Positions 49,736-61,000 of a DNA stretch of 64,000 bases are shown one piece after another. Position 1 is the first letter of the stretch, and each line of letters starts with the position of its first letter. The position numbers and the translations under genes were made by a program. This stretch comes from Giardia intestinalis (Eukaryota). The notes below the pieces were generated by a model, which had not been told where the DNA came from, did not search any database, and worked only from the letters and a program-made list of their open reading frames with translations. The stretch is from NCBI GenBank assembly GCA_000002435.2, contig CM018791.1, one strand, 5' to 3'.

Positions 49736-52700
49736 TTATACGTGACACTTCAGTATCGAGCGAATTATCTTTACCAGGTTTCCAGTTGCTTGGCTATCAG
49801 ATTCAGTTACTGTAAGCATAATGTGTTCAAGCTTGTTACTCATGTCAACATACCCAACATTAGGGCGAGACACAACGTCCCCACTATATGCTTTATCAAT
49901 GATTAATTGGTACTCCGGTTGAAGTAACACAAGAAGGATGTATTCAATACGCTCTATGCACTGAAGACAATTATTTTCATCCAGGGTGTCATTACTACTA
50001 AAGCTCGTAAGCGCAAACAAAATGCCATCGAAAAGAGGAATTACAGAGCTACCAATGTCACGAGTAACTGTTAGAAGCTGGGAAGTGACAGCGCCTCCCA
50101 CACCCACAGTTGCTCCGGTAACGCCAGAAAGAGAGTAAATTATATACTCAAGCAAGCAACTGACGGCAGAAGAGATAGGAGGGATGAAGGCCGCGGTAGG
50201 TAAAGGATAGTAGGATATCCCCTGCTGCATTGAGGATTGAATTGGGGGAACGGTCTGGCCGAGTATGTCCGAAGTCACGCAAAGAAAATTGCAAAGGCTC
50301 CTCACAATTTCGTTACTGTGGACACCATCAGCGAAGACAATGGCTAAGCACTTGTCCACCTCTCCTAACACCAGAGTCAGTATGAGTGGCAATGGGCTTT
50401 CTCTGCAAAACTTTATTCCAGGTTGGACTGAGGCCTTCAGAGACATTAGTATGTGAATATTGGAAATGATATTGGGGACAATAGCCGTGTAGAAGTGAGA
50501 GGGGACAAGGCTCTTGGTGTTTTTCTGGGTGAGACCGCTTTTCTGATGTCTATCAGGAGTAACAGACACAATAGTGGCAAGCATCGACAAAAACGCATAG
50601 CCCACGGAATGGATACGAAACAGAAAGCTGGACATAAGGGCATTGTATTGGCTGGTTGTGATAATCTCGCCAACGGCGCTCTTGCCAGCGGCCAGTTCAT
50701 AGATCTCCTCGAGTGAATTTGTACCATCTACAAAGAAACTACGAAATGTCTGATCGATTGAATCTGTCCCATCAGCCATTCTCTCTCTTAAAGTATTGAA
50801 GGAAAGAAGCTTAAGCAGCTCATTCCAACCAGATCCTTCCTCAACTAGACGGCCCACATAGGACTCAATAAGCAATTGGTCTCTACACCAATTCGCAAGC
50901 CTGGCAACCAGAAGTAATAGCCCGCGAACAAACAGAGTGCCGGCTGGGGTGATGTTGTAAGGCAAGATACCTGCAGCCATTCCTGTTGATATGTGATCGG
51001 GCGCATTCGTCTGCTGGAAAGCTCCAGCAAGTTCTGGCACATCTGCTAGTGATCCTAGTTTATCCACTGTTGCTGTTCCCAGTGGAGCCACTGCCAATGC
51101 TTTGAAGTGAGACTTAGCGGTATCAATCCTGCGGCTCATGGCCACAGATTGCGTTACGAGCGATGTAGTTTTGAGAGGCGCAACTAAACTAAACAGCGTT
51201 CGCCCAATTCCTAATACTGTTTCAAACAGGTCTGTCATTGTCCCCTGATTAACAAGTCTGTGCAAGAATTCGGTGAACAGAGTAGATACCTCTTCTGTGA
51301 CAGACGAAAATGCAAGCAAAATGTCAATCAGCTCAATGGTGCTTTGAATCATTGTAAGCGCAGCATGCCCTGTATATTCTTTGATCTCTGGGCTTAGGAC
51401 TTTGCTGCTGCATGTTCCAACGGTAGACATTGCAATTCTGAAGGCGTCTGAAAAGTAGGACTGAACATTCAACTCTGAAGACAGCTTTTCAAGAAAACTG
51501 ATCATGAAGGCTCCACGCTCTGATGCAACGTTTGCAATGTGACAAATGGTTTGCATTACACTTGCCGTCGCACTGAAAGCATGCTGCAATGAACACTCGT
51601 TATGATCGGGGACGATGTTGGCCAGAACACGGACCGAAAGCTTTAGCCAATTGAAGCAGGATGCACTCAAGAAAAATATATCGCCGGAATCAGCGCTGCA
51701 TATCTGCTGCTTGATAAGAACAGCTGCTTGCTGGATTGCAAATAGCATCTCGTCGAGAATTTCCGGGACTATATTTGTGAGGATACGATCTTTAACGTAG
51801 ACATAGCAATTCAAGGGCACGATAGACGAGACTAGATATGTGTTCATGAGAGCAGACAAGGGAATGACTTTACCACAGTTGGAGAGGAGGCCTGCTCGAA
51901 TGGAGTCACAGATAGTCCTGTAGGCTCCTGACTGAAGATTGTTAAGAGCACGGAGAAAGGCAGTGAATCCTTCCATTAAACAGGCGTTGTTGTTGATGAG
52001 AACTGAGTCACGCATTACCTTTTCCCTTTGATCCTGAGTAAGTGGCGATAAAATAAGCTGAGTCCGAAGCTTTGTTTGACTTACGAGTGGAGCGTATCGC
52101 AGCCCTTGGCCTGTCAAATTGGAAACCGCTGGTAAAATGGCGTGTTGAGACACGTCAGAAAGCTCTGGCTTAGGCGTGTCGGAGAGTATTTGCATACACT
52201 CGATGATGATTTCGTAGAGATTAAGATAGTCTGTGCCTGTGTTTGCTGAGAAGGCTTCAGCAGCTGCCATTGTAATTACTTGAATTGCGTCGTGTGAGAA
52301 CGAATCGAATTTGGCAGGAGTCCTTGGTGGGCGCATTTTCTCCCTATCTGCTGGAGGAAGCGTTTCAAGAAGTCTATCTAGGCTATCCTCATTACATTGT
52401 GGATAACAGAGGGTGCCAATTACAAGCCCAAAAAGGCCACTGATAAGTTCAGAAACCGTTATGTCACGTACAAGATTGCTAGAGTTAAAGATAATATGAA
52501 GGTATATCGTCATCAATCGCAGGCATGAAGCAGTGGCAAACAGCACAGCAGTAGTTTTGTTCATAAGCTGCAAGTCTGTCTCGTCTCTCACAGGGTCCCC
52601 CATAGCCCCGTTATTCAAAGCCGCGTCTTGAAGCCGTCGTGCTCGCCTTGCGATCAAGCCTGTCTTTATGAACAGATCAGTGAAGAATTCGCCTCCGAGA

Positions 52701-55700
52701 TCAGTAAGGACGTGCATTGCATCTTGTGACTGTGGTGCTTGGGGCCCTACAAAGGTGTATTCCAGAAATTGTGAGAGAAGATTGTAACCATGCTCAGCAA
52801 CCCCTGGGTAAAGCCAAAGGCTATCATCATTGCGCTTCAGGAGGGTTTGAAGGGCATGATATAAAGATGTTGTGCGGTCCAATCTGAGCATGCTTCGGTG
52901 CTCTACGACGCGACGGGACTCCTCACCCAGAAAGAACAGCTTAAGAAGCCGGGGCGATGGCGTCCAAAGAATCCTGCTTGAAAGCAAGCTAGTTTCCGAT
53001 GGTAGCTCGCATGACACAGCCACCAGGAGAGCCTCAGCACAAGTTGGGCTGTGTAGGAAGCTATGTCGAGCACGAATAAGCATCTCCCTAAATGAGCATG
53101 ACCCTTCTATTTCACGCGCAAGTGCATCCGAGCCCATAGACTTGCGCAGCTCCAAGAGAAGCACTTTCGCTGCGTTGTGGAGGCTGCTCGTACAGAAGTG
53201 GTCCAGAAGACAGAAAAGCAGTAGAATGAATGATGATGTCCCCATTCTAACTGAGACTTGCTCTCTGTAGACAGTGACTCGGTTAGCCGTAGCATACTTT
53301 CCAGTGGTATCCTGAGCAGCGTAACGACCTGGTAGATCCCCGTCATATGGACATGTGGCTCGAGAGTTTATCAAAAGGTTTATCGCGTTGGTGACGTTAG
53401 GAATAAGGAACGTCGGATGCCTTGCTAAAACAAGAAGTCGTGCAATGAAGAGAAGGCTGCTGATCACAGACTGCTCTGATGACTCTGGGGGTGTCTGAAT
53501 AAGGGGCTGAGTATTCACCAGAGTATAGATGTGCTGTGAATGCAGCGCAGCAATCGCAGAGTTGGAGACAAACATTGCTGTGGTAGAGAGAAATTCGTGA
53601 TCGGAGAGGAGAATATCCATCATTGATTCAGCGAGAATTGAAAAGTGATCAAGAATGAGAACTTCTGAAATCCCTATGAGAAGATCCTCGTCGGTAGATG
53701 TCAAGGATGAACGCAGACAGATATTAAAGAGCTTAAGGATGCTATCAAAGAGGTGCAGGAGACTACTATGCTTGTTCAGGGTGCGAAGTACCGCAAGAAG
53801 ATTGGTAGACTCGTTATAATTCCGATCGCTCGAGGATAAGTCGCTTAGAACTATCAGTGATATCTCCCTGGCGACTGTGCAAACAGAACGATGCATGTAC
53901 TCAACTCGGACCTTTGCATGGATGCACAGGGACGACGACAAGTATGACTGAAGAAGATCAATCAGTGCAGATTTCCCCCCGATAAAAGATGAATATATGA
54001 TAGAAGTTATCATGTCTTCCAGCGCATGCAGTGGGGTCGCCAACTCCACACTACTAAAACCACCTGCTTCATAGAGGGGTCCTGTTTGGAACGTTATTTC
54101 TGTTAAAGAACTACATATGGTAGCTATGTCTGGTGTGAGGGGGGTGCTAGCCAAGCCTCTAAGAAATATAATAGACTCCGTGGAGTTGGCGCTGGCCAGA
54201 AGAGAGAGTGCCGCCTCCAAGAGTCGTAAATATCGCAGGTTTGTTTGAGCTTCCAAAATGTTATTGTATTTGGGATGTCTGGTAGCAGGGTCGATCGTTA
54301 TGGTGAGAGTCACGGCCAAGCGCAAAAGGACGGAGAAAGCAATCTGAGATACAATCTCTGGATTTATGTCGTAAAGAGCCAGGGTTCGAACGGATTGTTC
54401 CAAGATAAGAAGATCGAAATCGGAGGTGCTCGTCAATGGTGTAAGGTTCGTAGTCAGAGTCTTGAGAAGCTGGTTTCTCGTTGTCTTTAATGTTTGAGGA
54501 ACATAGTCAGACTCGTTCTCAAAAGAGATGACGTCCCTTGCAGTCAGAATTGCAGTAACATCATCAGGTCTTACAAGACCTGGAGCCGATCCTCCTCGGC
54601 CCTCGTAGTTCACGTGCACGCCAGACACGCTGATATGCTGGATCCCAAAAGCAGTCTCCCTAACCATTTCTACTGGCGCATGTTTAGCATTAGACCTCGG
54701 AGCAGGTGAGAATTCATCTTTTATAAACAGGTCTGCACCACCGATTGTGATGATAAGCTTATTGATAAGGTAAATGCTGAATGGTGCAGCGTAAGAGGTC
54801 ACAGCATTGTATATCTTACTATTTAATTTGGTAGACACCATGCTAATATCAAATCCGCCGTACCCTACAGTTTCCTGGCCATATGCGCCAATGTGAGCAG
54901 CCTTCTGCGAGTTAACAAGATCAGCCAATGGTTTGGTGAGGGTTGTGTCTGCTGTATTTCTTAACAGCGTCTTCATGCAATTAACTCCGTAAGCAGGACA
55001 GTGAGCAAGACCCTGGGTAATAGAGATAGCCCCTAGGATTTGGCCAGGAGTGTCCAGCTCTGAAAAAATCCATCCCAGTATAAGGGAGACGATATTATCG
55101 CTATTGAGACCTCGAAATGCGTGATCTCCGCCAACGGCAAGCATGCATCCGACGCAGGCCATAAGTCGAGAGCAATACATGTGCATGTTTGGGAGCTCAA
55201 CAGCTCCAAGTGTCATCCCCAAATGCCCAGCACTGTGAGCGCCTCCCCCAAGCATTGGCTCTAGGCTTCCTGCAGCAGTGGCAAAGTTGTGCCTATCGTA
55301 GCGACTTATTCCAACGTTAGCGATACTTTTCCGTTGACCGTGGGAGCTCTGAAGTGCATCAATCTCAGACCGCTCGTAATCCAGGCACTTATCCATCAAA
55401 AAGCCTACAAGTTCATAGTACGTCCGTGCCTCCTCGAATCTGCACTGCTTAACGATAGGATCCATCCAGCTGAATGTTGTTCCGAAAAGAGCCCCCAGCG
55501 TGTTATACAAAGATGGCAAAATCGCCAGAAAATCGTCATGAACAAGTGTGCACAAACCGTCGGTAACCTTGCCTAGGCTCACAGTTATAGGTGGAACAAA
55601 GCGGAGAGTTCGATCTGTCTCTAGATAAAGAGAAACACCGGCCATTGCCAGACGCAGGACCACATCTGTGAATTCCGTCAAGGAGATCTGATCCAGTAGG

Positions 55701-57028
55701 TAATCCCTATATTCCGCTTCGTTGGAGGCATTTATGCCGGTCATTGGGTTGTTATTACCAGGGTCATCCATATGTTTCACGTGGTAACAGATCCTCGCAA
55801 AGTTAATAAATACCCCAAAAGATGGCGCTGGAAACTCTGCAATGTGAAGAATAGGCTTTACGGATGTATAGTCCAACAGGGAGCTTATAACGTTGTCATC
55901 CATCAAATGGCGGGAGAGGTACGTTCTAACGAGGCTCAGCTTTTCCTCAAATTCAATTACTGAAGGGTATTCTTTAGCGCCCGGCTGACGATGAACGGGC
56001 TGGGCAATACTGGTGGCCACGCGGCCAAAGGCAGTCTGCTTCTCCTGTTCTGCAAAGAGCTGGTTTCTGCTCAAAGACCCTAACTTCATAGTCTCTTTCC
56101 GTGCACGTAGCGCAGGATCAAGTTCTTGCTGGCACAGTTCGGTAAATGTAAGTTGAACTATCTCTGCAAGACTCTCCTGCGAATATGACGGCTTGAACGT
56201 AGAGAACACACAATACAGCCAGAAGAATGCAGTACGTGCAGCGCTGCTCGTGGCGGCAGTGGACATAATGGGAATCAGGTCACAAGCATAGAGGTTCCGA
56301 GCACTCTGTACAGCTTGGTCAGGCCCGGGTAGCTCAGCACAGTTAACGTAGGCCGAGACATACGTCACAGAAAGGATATGCGTAGCCATCGTAACGTTGC
56401 TCATCACTCTCTGAAGGACTACCGGAAGTGCATAGAAGCATTTGTGTAGCTGCTCTAGGACGGCCTCACTAGTCTGAGCAAGACGGCAGCACATTGCCAC
56501 GAATTGCGCAGACGGTCTTTTGGCCGTGGACAAGCAATACAGAACGATTGATGCGTGCCTCAGATCTTCGGCTACTAGCTGGGCAGTCAGAAGTTGTACT
56601 GGGGAAGGTTGGGCAAGGACAGCTGGTGTAAGGACTGTACCCTGTCCCGTTACTAGACTGGTAACAGAATCGACTAGCCGAGTGGGAAGGTTGCTTTGCC
56701 AGATCTCTGTCAAACAGGTAGCTAAGTGGGTGTTGGAAGGAGATCCTTGAAGAGCATGGCAGAGAGATATAAGGGCTCTATATGCATGGGCACGTAGTGA
56801 GAATTTTGCTGCTACAGAAATGGCTTCGTCTGAAAGGCCGGCCTCTCTCCCCTGTTCCTTTACTTCGTCAGATATTTGTGGAGAAAGGCCGAGATCGATG
56901 TGTCCCAGAAGCGTCTGCGGCAACCTCTGCAGTGAGGGTACGTGGGCCTCGATGTCCTCTGGGTCCAGCTCTCTAATACTCTTGAATAGTGCACAGCATT
57001 CTGAGTAATACACTAGATCTCCGTCCAT
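49736..57028 (-). CDS. Large hypothetical protein (2,430 aa), alpha-helical and Leu-rich, with no family recognised
   Basis: The 7.3 kb uninterrupted frame has an ATG start. The antisense and off-frame ORFs inside it are all under 135 aa. I saw no kinase, P-loop, ankyrin or Cys-rich motifs. Confidence 0.75.
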   Translation of the reverse strand: MDGDLVYYSECCALFKSIRELDPEDIEAHVPSLQRLPQTLLGHIDLGLSPQISDEVKEQGREAGLSDEAISVAAKFSLRAHAYRALISLCHALQGSPSNTHLATCLTEIWQSNLPTRLVDSVTSLVTGQGTVLTPAVLAQPSPVQLLTAQLVAEDLRHASIVLYCLSTAKRPSAQFVAMCCRLAQTSEAVLEQLHKCFYALPVVLQRVMSNVTMATHILSVTYVSAYVNCAELPGPDQAVQSARNLYACDLIPIMSTAATSSAARTAFFWLYCVFSTFKPSYSQESLAEIVQLTFTELCQQELDPALRARKETMKLGSLSRNQLFAEQEKQTAFGRVATSIAQPVHRQPGAKEYPSVIEFEEKLSLVRTYLSRHLMDDNVISSLLDYTSVKPILHIAEFPAPSFGVFINFARICYHVKHMDDPGNNNPMTGINASNEAEYRDYLLDQISLTEFTDVVLRLAMAGVSLYLETDRTLRFVPPITVSLGKVTDGLCTLVHDDFLAILPSLYNTLGALFGTTFSWMDPIVKQCRFEEARTYYELVGFLMDKCLDYERSEIDALQSSHGQRKSIANVGISRYDRHNFATAAGSLEPMLGGGAHSAGHLGMTLGAVELPNMHMYCSRLMACVGCMLAVGGDHAFRGLNSDNIVSLILGWIFSELDTPGQILGAISITQGLAHCPAYGVNCMKTLLRNTADTTLTKPLADLVNSQKAAHIGAYGQETVGYGGFDISMVSTKLNSKIYNAVTSYAAPFSIYLINKLIITIGGADLFIKDEFSPAPRSNAKHAPVEMVRETAFGIQHISVSGVHVNYEGRGGSAPGLVRPDDVTAILTARDVISFENESDYVPQTLKTTRNQLLKTLTTNLTPLTSTSDFDLLILEQSVRTLALYDINPEIVSQIAFSVLLRLAVTLTITIDPATRHPKYNNILEAQTNLRYLRLLEAALSLLASANSTESIIFLRGLASTPLTPDIATICSSLTEITFQTGPLYEAGGFSSVELATPLHALEDMITSIIYSSFIGGKSALIDLLQSYLSSSLCIHAKVRVEYMHRSVCTVAREISLIVLSDLSSSDRNYNESTNLLAVLRTLNKHSSLLHLFDSILKLFNICLRSSLTSTDEDLLIGISEVLILDHFSILAESMMDILLSDHEFLSTTAMFVSNSAIAALHSQHIYTLVNTQPLIQTPPESSEQSVISSLLFIARLLVLARHPTFLIPNVTNAINLLINSRATCPYDGDLPGRYAAQDTTGKYATANRVTVYREQVSVRMGTSSFILLLFCLLDHFCTSSLHNAAKVLLLELRKSMGSDALAREIEGSCSFREMLIRARHSFLHSPTCAEALLVAVSCELPSETSLLSSRILWTPSPRLLKLFFLGEESRRVVEHRSMLRLDRTTSLYHALQTLLKRNDDSLWLYPGVAEHGYNLLSQFLEYTFVGPQAPQSQDAMHVLTDLGGEFFTDLFIKTGLIARRARRLQDAALNNGAMGDPVRDETDLQLMNKTTAVLFATASCLRLMTIYLHIIFNSSNLVRDITVSELISGLFGLVIGTLCYPQCNEDSLDRLLETLPPADREKMRPPRTPAKFDSFSHDAIQVITMAAAEAFSANTGTDYLNLYEIIIECMQILSDTPKPELSDVSQHAILPAVSNLTGQGLRYAPLVSQTKLRTQLILSPLTQDQREKVMRDSVLINNNACLMEGFTAFLRALNNLQSGAYRTICDSIRAGLLSNCGKVIPLSALMNTYLVSSIVPLNCYVYVKDRILTNIVPEILDEMLFAIQQAAVLIKQQICSADSGDIFFLSASCFNWLKLSVRVLANIVPDHNECSLQHAFSATASVMQTICHIANVASERGAFMISFLEKLSSELNVQSYFSDAFRIAMSTVGTCSSKVLSPEIKEYTGHAALTMIQSTIELIDILLAFSSVTEEVSTLFTEFLHRLVNQGTMTDLFETVLGIGRTLFSLVAPLKTTSLVTQSVAMSRRIDTAKSHFKALAVAPLGTATVDKLGSLADVPELAGAFQQTNAPDHISTGMAAGILPYNITPAGTLFVRGLLLLVARLANWCRDQLLIESYVGRLVEEGSGWNELLKLLSFNTLRERMADGTDSIDQTFRSFFVDGTNSLEEIYELAAGKSAVGEIITTSQYNALMSSFLFRIHSVGYAFLSMLATIVSVTPDRHQKSGLTQKNTKSLVPSHFYTAIVPNIISNIHILMSLKASVQPGIKFCRESPLPLILTLVLGEVDKCLAIVFADGVHSNEIVRSLCNFLCVTSDILGQTVPPIQSSMQQGISYYPLPTAAFIPPISSAVSCLLEYIIYSLSGVTGATVGVGGAVTSQLLTVTRDIGSSVIPLFDGILFALTSFSSNDTLDENNCLQCIERIEYILLVLLQPEYQLIIDKAYSGDVVSRPNVGYVDMSNKLEHIMLTVTESDSQATGNLVKIIRSILKCHV

Positions 57029-57096
57029 TTCTACTCAGCGCAATCGGGGGAGAGACGGAAGAGGCCTAAGGTCTCGAATTTTTAATTTACACCAAA

Positions 57097-57798
57097 TTAC
57101 TGAACCAGGTCCGTTGTCTTGATGGTGATGATATCTGGATAGCTCCTGATCAAGTCCTCGATCCCTTCCTGAGAAATGCGCGCAGCAGGCGGCTGACCAC
57201 TCTGTTGTGGTGGCTCCGGAGGCATGCTGAGACGTTGCTGGCGTCTTATCTGCTGCTCCATGGTAAGAGGCTTCAAGGCCGGTGGGAAGATAAGCGCCGC
57301 AATTGGGCGGTAAATGCGACTAAGAAGAACCTGCACCACGGTCGTTGAGACGTTTCCGGGCTTGTAGGATGCCCCACTGAAAATATTGAGAGCCCTGGCA
57401 ACGATAGAATCGGGTATGTTGACACGGCAAAGAATGCTGTTTTCTCTGAAGATGCTGAAGAAAAGTCGCACTGCAAAGCTGGGGATAAATGCGAGCCATT
57501 TTGCATGAGAGGGCTGCTCTACGGGTTTGAGTAGAAGATCAAAGAGCTCATTTTCCTGGGCTATATAGTAGGTGTTCAGGACTCTATGACGGTACGTGCC
57601 TCGCTCCTCCTTGTTCATATCCTTCTTTATCTGCTCAAGTTTCTCCTGGTGAGCGGATACTTCCGTTTTATGTGTATGCCGTGTATAGGCCATGGCCAAC
57701 TCTATAACAAAGACAAGCGGGCCGATGAACATGATGTTTTGCTTATGCTCCTTTGTCTGCATAGACCACCAAGCCTGTATGGAACCCACGATCCCCAT
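57097..57798 (-). CDS. Hypothetical small protein (233 aa from the proposed ATG) with one predicted TM helix near the N-terminus
   Basis: Track ORF 57097..57867 begins at TTG. The internal ATG at about 57798 (MGIVGSIQAWWSMQTKEHKQNIMFIGPLVFVIELAMAYT...) is preceded by atttttaaa on the coding strand. The C-terminus is Gln/Pro-rich. Confidence 0.5.
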   Translation of the reverse strand: MGIVGSIQAWWSMQTKEHKQNIMFIGPLVFVIELAMAYTRHTHKTEVSAHQEKLEQIKKDMNKEERGTYRHRVLNTYYIAQENELFDLLLKPVEQPSHAKWLAFIPSFAVRLFFSIFRENSILCRVNIPDSIVARALNIFSGASYKPGNVSTTVVQVLLSRIYRPIAALIFPPALKPLTMEQQIRRQQRLSMPPEPPQQSGQPPAARISQEGIEDLIRSYPDIITIKTTDLVQ

Positions 57799-57830
57799 TT
57801 TAAAAATCGTTTTTAGGCCAGAGCTAAGAC
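57799..57830 (-). promoter_or_regulatory. AT-rich initiator-like region upstream of the proposed ATG (57798) of the small minus-strand gene
   Basis: The coding-strand sequence is cctaaaaacgatttttaaa followed by ATGGGGATCGTG. Confidence 0.35.
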
Positions 57831-58079
57831 CTAAAGACTGGGTGTATGGCGTCTCTTCTTGTTCCAAAAGCTTTCTCTCACCTTACCAAGGGGCAAGATG
57901 GAACGTCCACTTTCAAAAGGGTTTCTTCTCCCATCAGATCAAAGTCAATCTCATCATACCTAGCCGCTAATACACGTTATTTAAAAGTCGCGCCAGCCTC
58001 TCTTCCCAAGAAGCTGGATCTTGATAGCTTTATTAACCAGGAAAAGGTTCGCACTAGTAATGTGCGAGATCTGGAGACC

Positions 58080-61000
58080 ATGGCCGAGCTGATGAACCTG
58101 GCCCCGAGTGCAACGGTGGATCCAAAGGAGGTGAGAGCAAACTTCGTTTTAGAACAGATACTGGAGCAAAACCTGGAGGTATGTTCTGGGAAGGGATATA
58201 TGAAGCCCGGAATTACCGAGCATGCTGATCAGTGGCACGAAGTAGACATTGTTGGAGTTTCCAACGATGCGTTTCGCGTTCTGTTTCCACAGCTCGAGAT
58301 GTTTCGGCAGGCAAAAATACATAATATTATTATTGAGGGTCTTCAAGTGAAGCAAACCCCCTTGACTCTGGACACAGATATGGAAGGCACAGTGGAAAGT
58401 TCAGGGATTTCATTAGATTGTCTCACAGGAGATGACTTGATGGAGCTTTTTAAGCTATCCTTTCGGTCAGAAGACAAAACTTTCTTCAGGTCTCCTACTG
58501 GGGTTTACCATATTCGTAACGACAAAGCCGTATCAGCGTTTTTGGAATCTAGAAAACGAGACCGTGAAGCCGTGCTGGCTGCTTCTAGAACTGCAGTGGA
58601 ATCCCAACACTTCCCAGAGCACACGTATCCAAGTACCCTGGACCTATCGGGCACCGATGAGACAATGGACATGCAGTTAAAAGATTTGGAGGTAACTGCC
58701 ACAAGAGCTACTGGCGTTAATCCAGAAGATACCTCCGATCTATCAGTCTTTACCATCACGTCTAACCCTAGAGATGAACTACAGCGTTCTAAGCCACATG
58801 AGTTTCAGTTCCGGCAATTCCTTAAGGAAGACACACCTTTAATATCTCTTCCCACGGGAGAGCCTCACAGTTACAAGAGCAATCTCAGGGGTTATTTGGA
58901 AGCCTCAGAAACGGAAATATCATCTTCCCAACTGCAAAACAGACAGTATGGAGCTACCAAAGGATACCACGCATCTGTCCTTCTATCATCCACAGCAAAT
59001 CAGACTAATATCACAAGTGCACTTGTGCCTGCAACTAGTGATCGCAAAAAAGATCAGATACCAGCTGATGACTCAAGCAGACTTGTCAGCGAAAGCTTCG
59101 ACATCCTAAGCACCCTCGATATCCTAGAAAGACGAGACAAGGAGGCCGTGGCAATAGCATCCCCACCAAAGTTGGCCCACACAGAATGTGCACCAATAAT
59201 AAACACAACAAACAGCGCATACGCATACGCACACGCACACGCACACGAGTCATCAGAAAAGGTAGCCTTTCAGTATATCGACCGCAACAATCAAGTGATT
59301 GTGCGCGACATCAACGAGCAATTCCTTCAGAAGTTCTCCAGGATACACATCTATCAACGGATGAAGGAGAGCTTTGAGGCGGCGCTTAAAAGGCTAAACC
59401 AGCTTGTCGAAGAAAAGAGCACTGCTAATAGACCGTACTTGGACTTTCTTTCCACTGCATACATTGGGCACACTCTCTTCTATAATCTCAAAACGCGCTT
59501 GAGTGAAGACTACTGCATCGATTGCGTAGCTGAGATCGAGGAGCGTCGACTGCGTGTGAAAAATCGCGAACGAGACTATAATTTATTCATATCCACACTC
59601 CAGGCCATTAAAGACAAATCAGAGCAGCTTCAAGATATACGTAGCAAGTCTGTTTGCGGATTCACAACAGTGGTCACGGCCCCTCCTCTCCCCATCCTGC
59701 CGTCCATTTACAAGGAAGACCAAAAAGAGGACAAATCCGTTGCTAAAAGAGCCACTTTCTGTGCTGCATCTGCGCTGGAGGATGAGGCATCGGAAGAGTA
59801 CGTATTAACTTTAATGCAGCTTCGCCAAAGGCGGGAACGCGTATATGATCATTTTGAGAACATGATAGCGGGGCACAAGCAGGTGCGTTCTGCCGCAGTC
59901 GAGCTATGCTTGAGTGCCATTAATACTAGTCGTGTCAAGCTAGAAAGTCTTGTTAATCCTGCGCTTAAGCGTACAGCTCAGTTTGATGGCTTTGATGCTC
60001 TCGATAACCTGTACAAAAGCTACATCGATCATGCGCTGAGGACCGATTTTGCCACTGAAATTATTGAGCAAGCAGATAGAGACCCAAGCCACGAACTGTA
60101 CTGGTGTGCACGGCAACTCCTCCGACTCAAGCATTCCAGCTACAAGAACTATCAGAAGTACAAGTATCCTAGCTTCTGTCCTCATCGCCGGGAAGCCTTT
60201 GAAAATGCTCGTACGGCCTTGATGGAGAACAAGATATTTTGGGGGGCATCTGAGTACAAGCGTGTGTTCAGTGATCTCATGTCCACGGTGCAGGAGCATC
60301 TGCAATACCTTATACTCACCCCAGAGCTGCTTACACATCTTCAGGACACATTCATCCCGAAAATAAGTGATTATCTCTTTGCGAATATGGTTTTCCAGAC
60401 AGACATAGACAAGGACACTAAAGCTCTTCTCTCTAGACCAAGTACTGGAAGGGTCAATCTGCAGAATGCACTACAGACGCTCCCCGGCGGGGCCAGCCCC
60501 GATAAAATTTCCTATGCATCAGAAAGCTCTGTGCGAGCAGATAACGGCCATCAGAAAAGACCAAGAGAGGACCCCGAGGACCGTGATGTTAACGTCCAGG
60601 CCACCAATCAAACACTAAATCCTGTTCTCAAAAGACCAGTCAATCAAGAACTAACAAGTGGGGCAGACCTACCGATTCTCAACGCTGCCTACAAACCCAA
60701 GAATGCCTACGAATGGATTCAGCGTAGATACTGGCAGATTCAAAGCAACCGTGAGCAAGATATCTTCCGACGCAAAGAAGAACTGGCACGCCGAGACGCT
60801 GAAGAGGCTGCTAAGACCGCGTCCGCCCTGATGACCAAAGACTTCAGCTATAAGCCTGGAGGGCGCACGCAAGCTGAGGAAATATACGAGAAGATCTTCA
60901 AGTTTCCTGCTCCAGGCGAGACGAACTTCATGGAGAAACTCAGCGTTTATCTGGCTAACTGTTTTATCTTGCTTTATGAAGTCCTCTTTCCATTTATTCA

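Noticed and set aside
59150-59380. Apparent frameshift between the 58080 frame and the downstream long frame. My hand reading put the 58080 ATG in the frame of track ORF 59186..59377.
   Set aside because: The track lists no terminated + ORF covering 58080-59185, which it would if that frame ended at 59377. Cross-checks of nearby minus-strand track ORFs showed my manual indexing drifting by 1 nt in 58.1-58.8 kb. A single continuous frame to the window edge is the consistent reading, though I cannot exclude a real frameshift.
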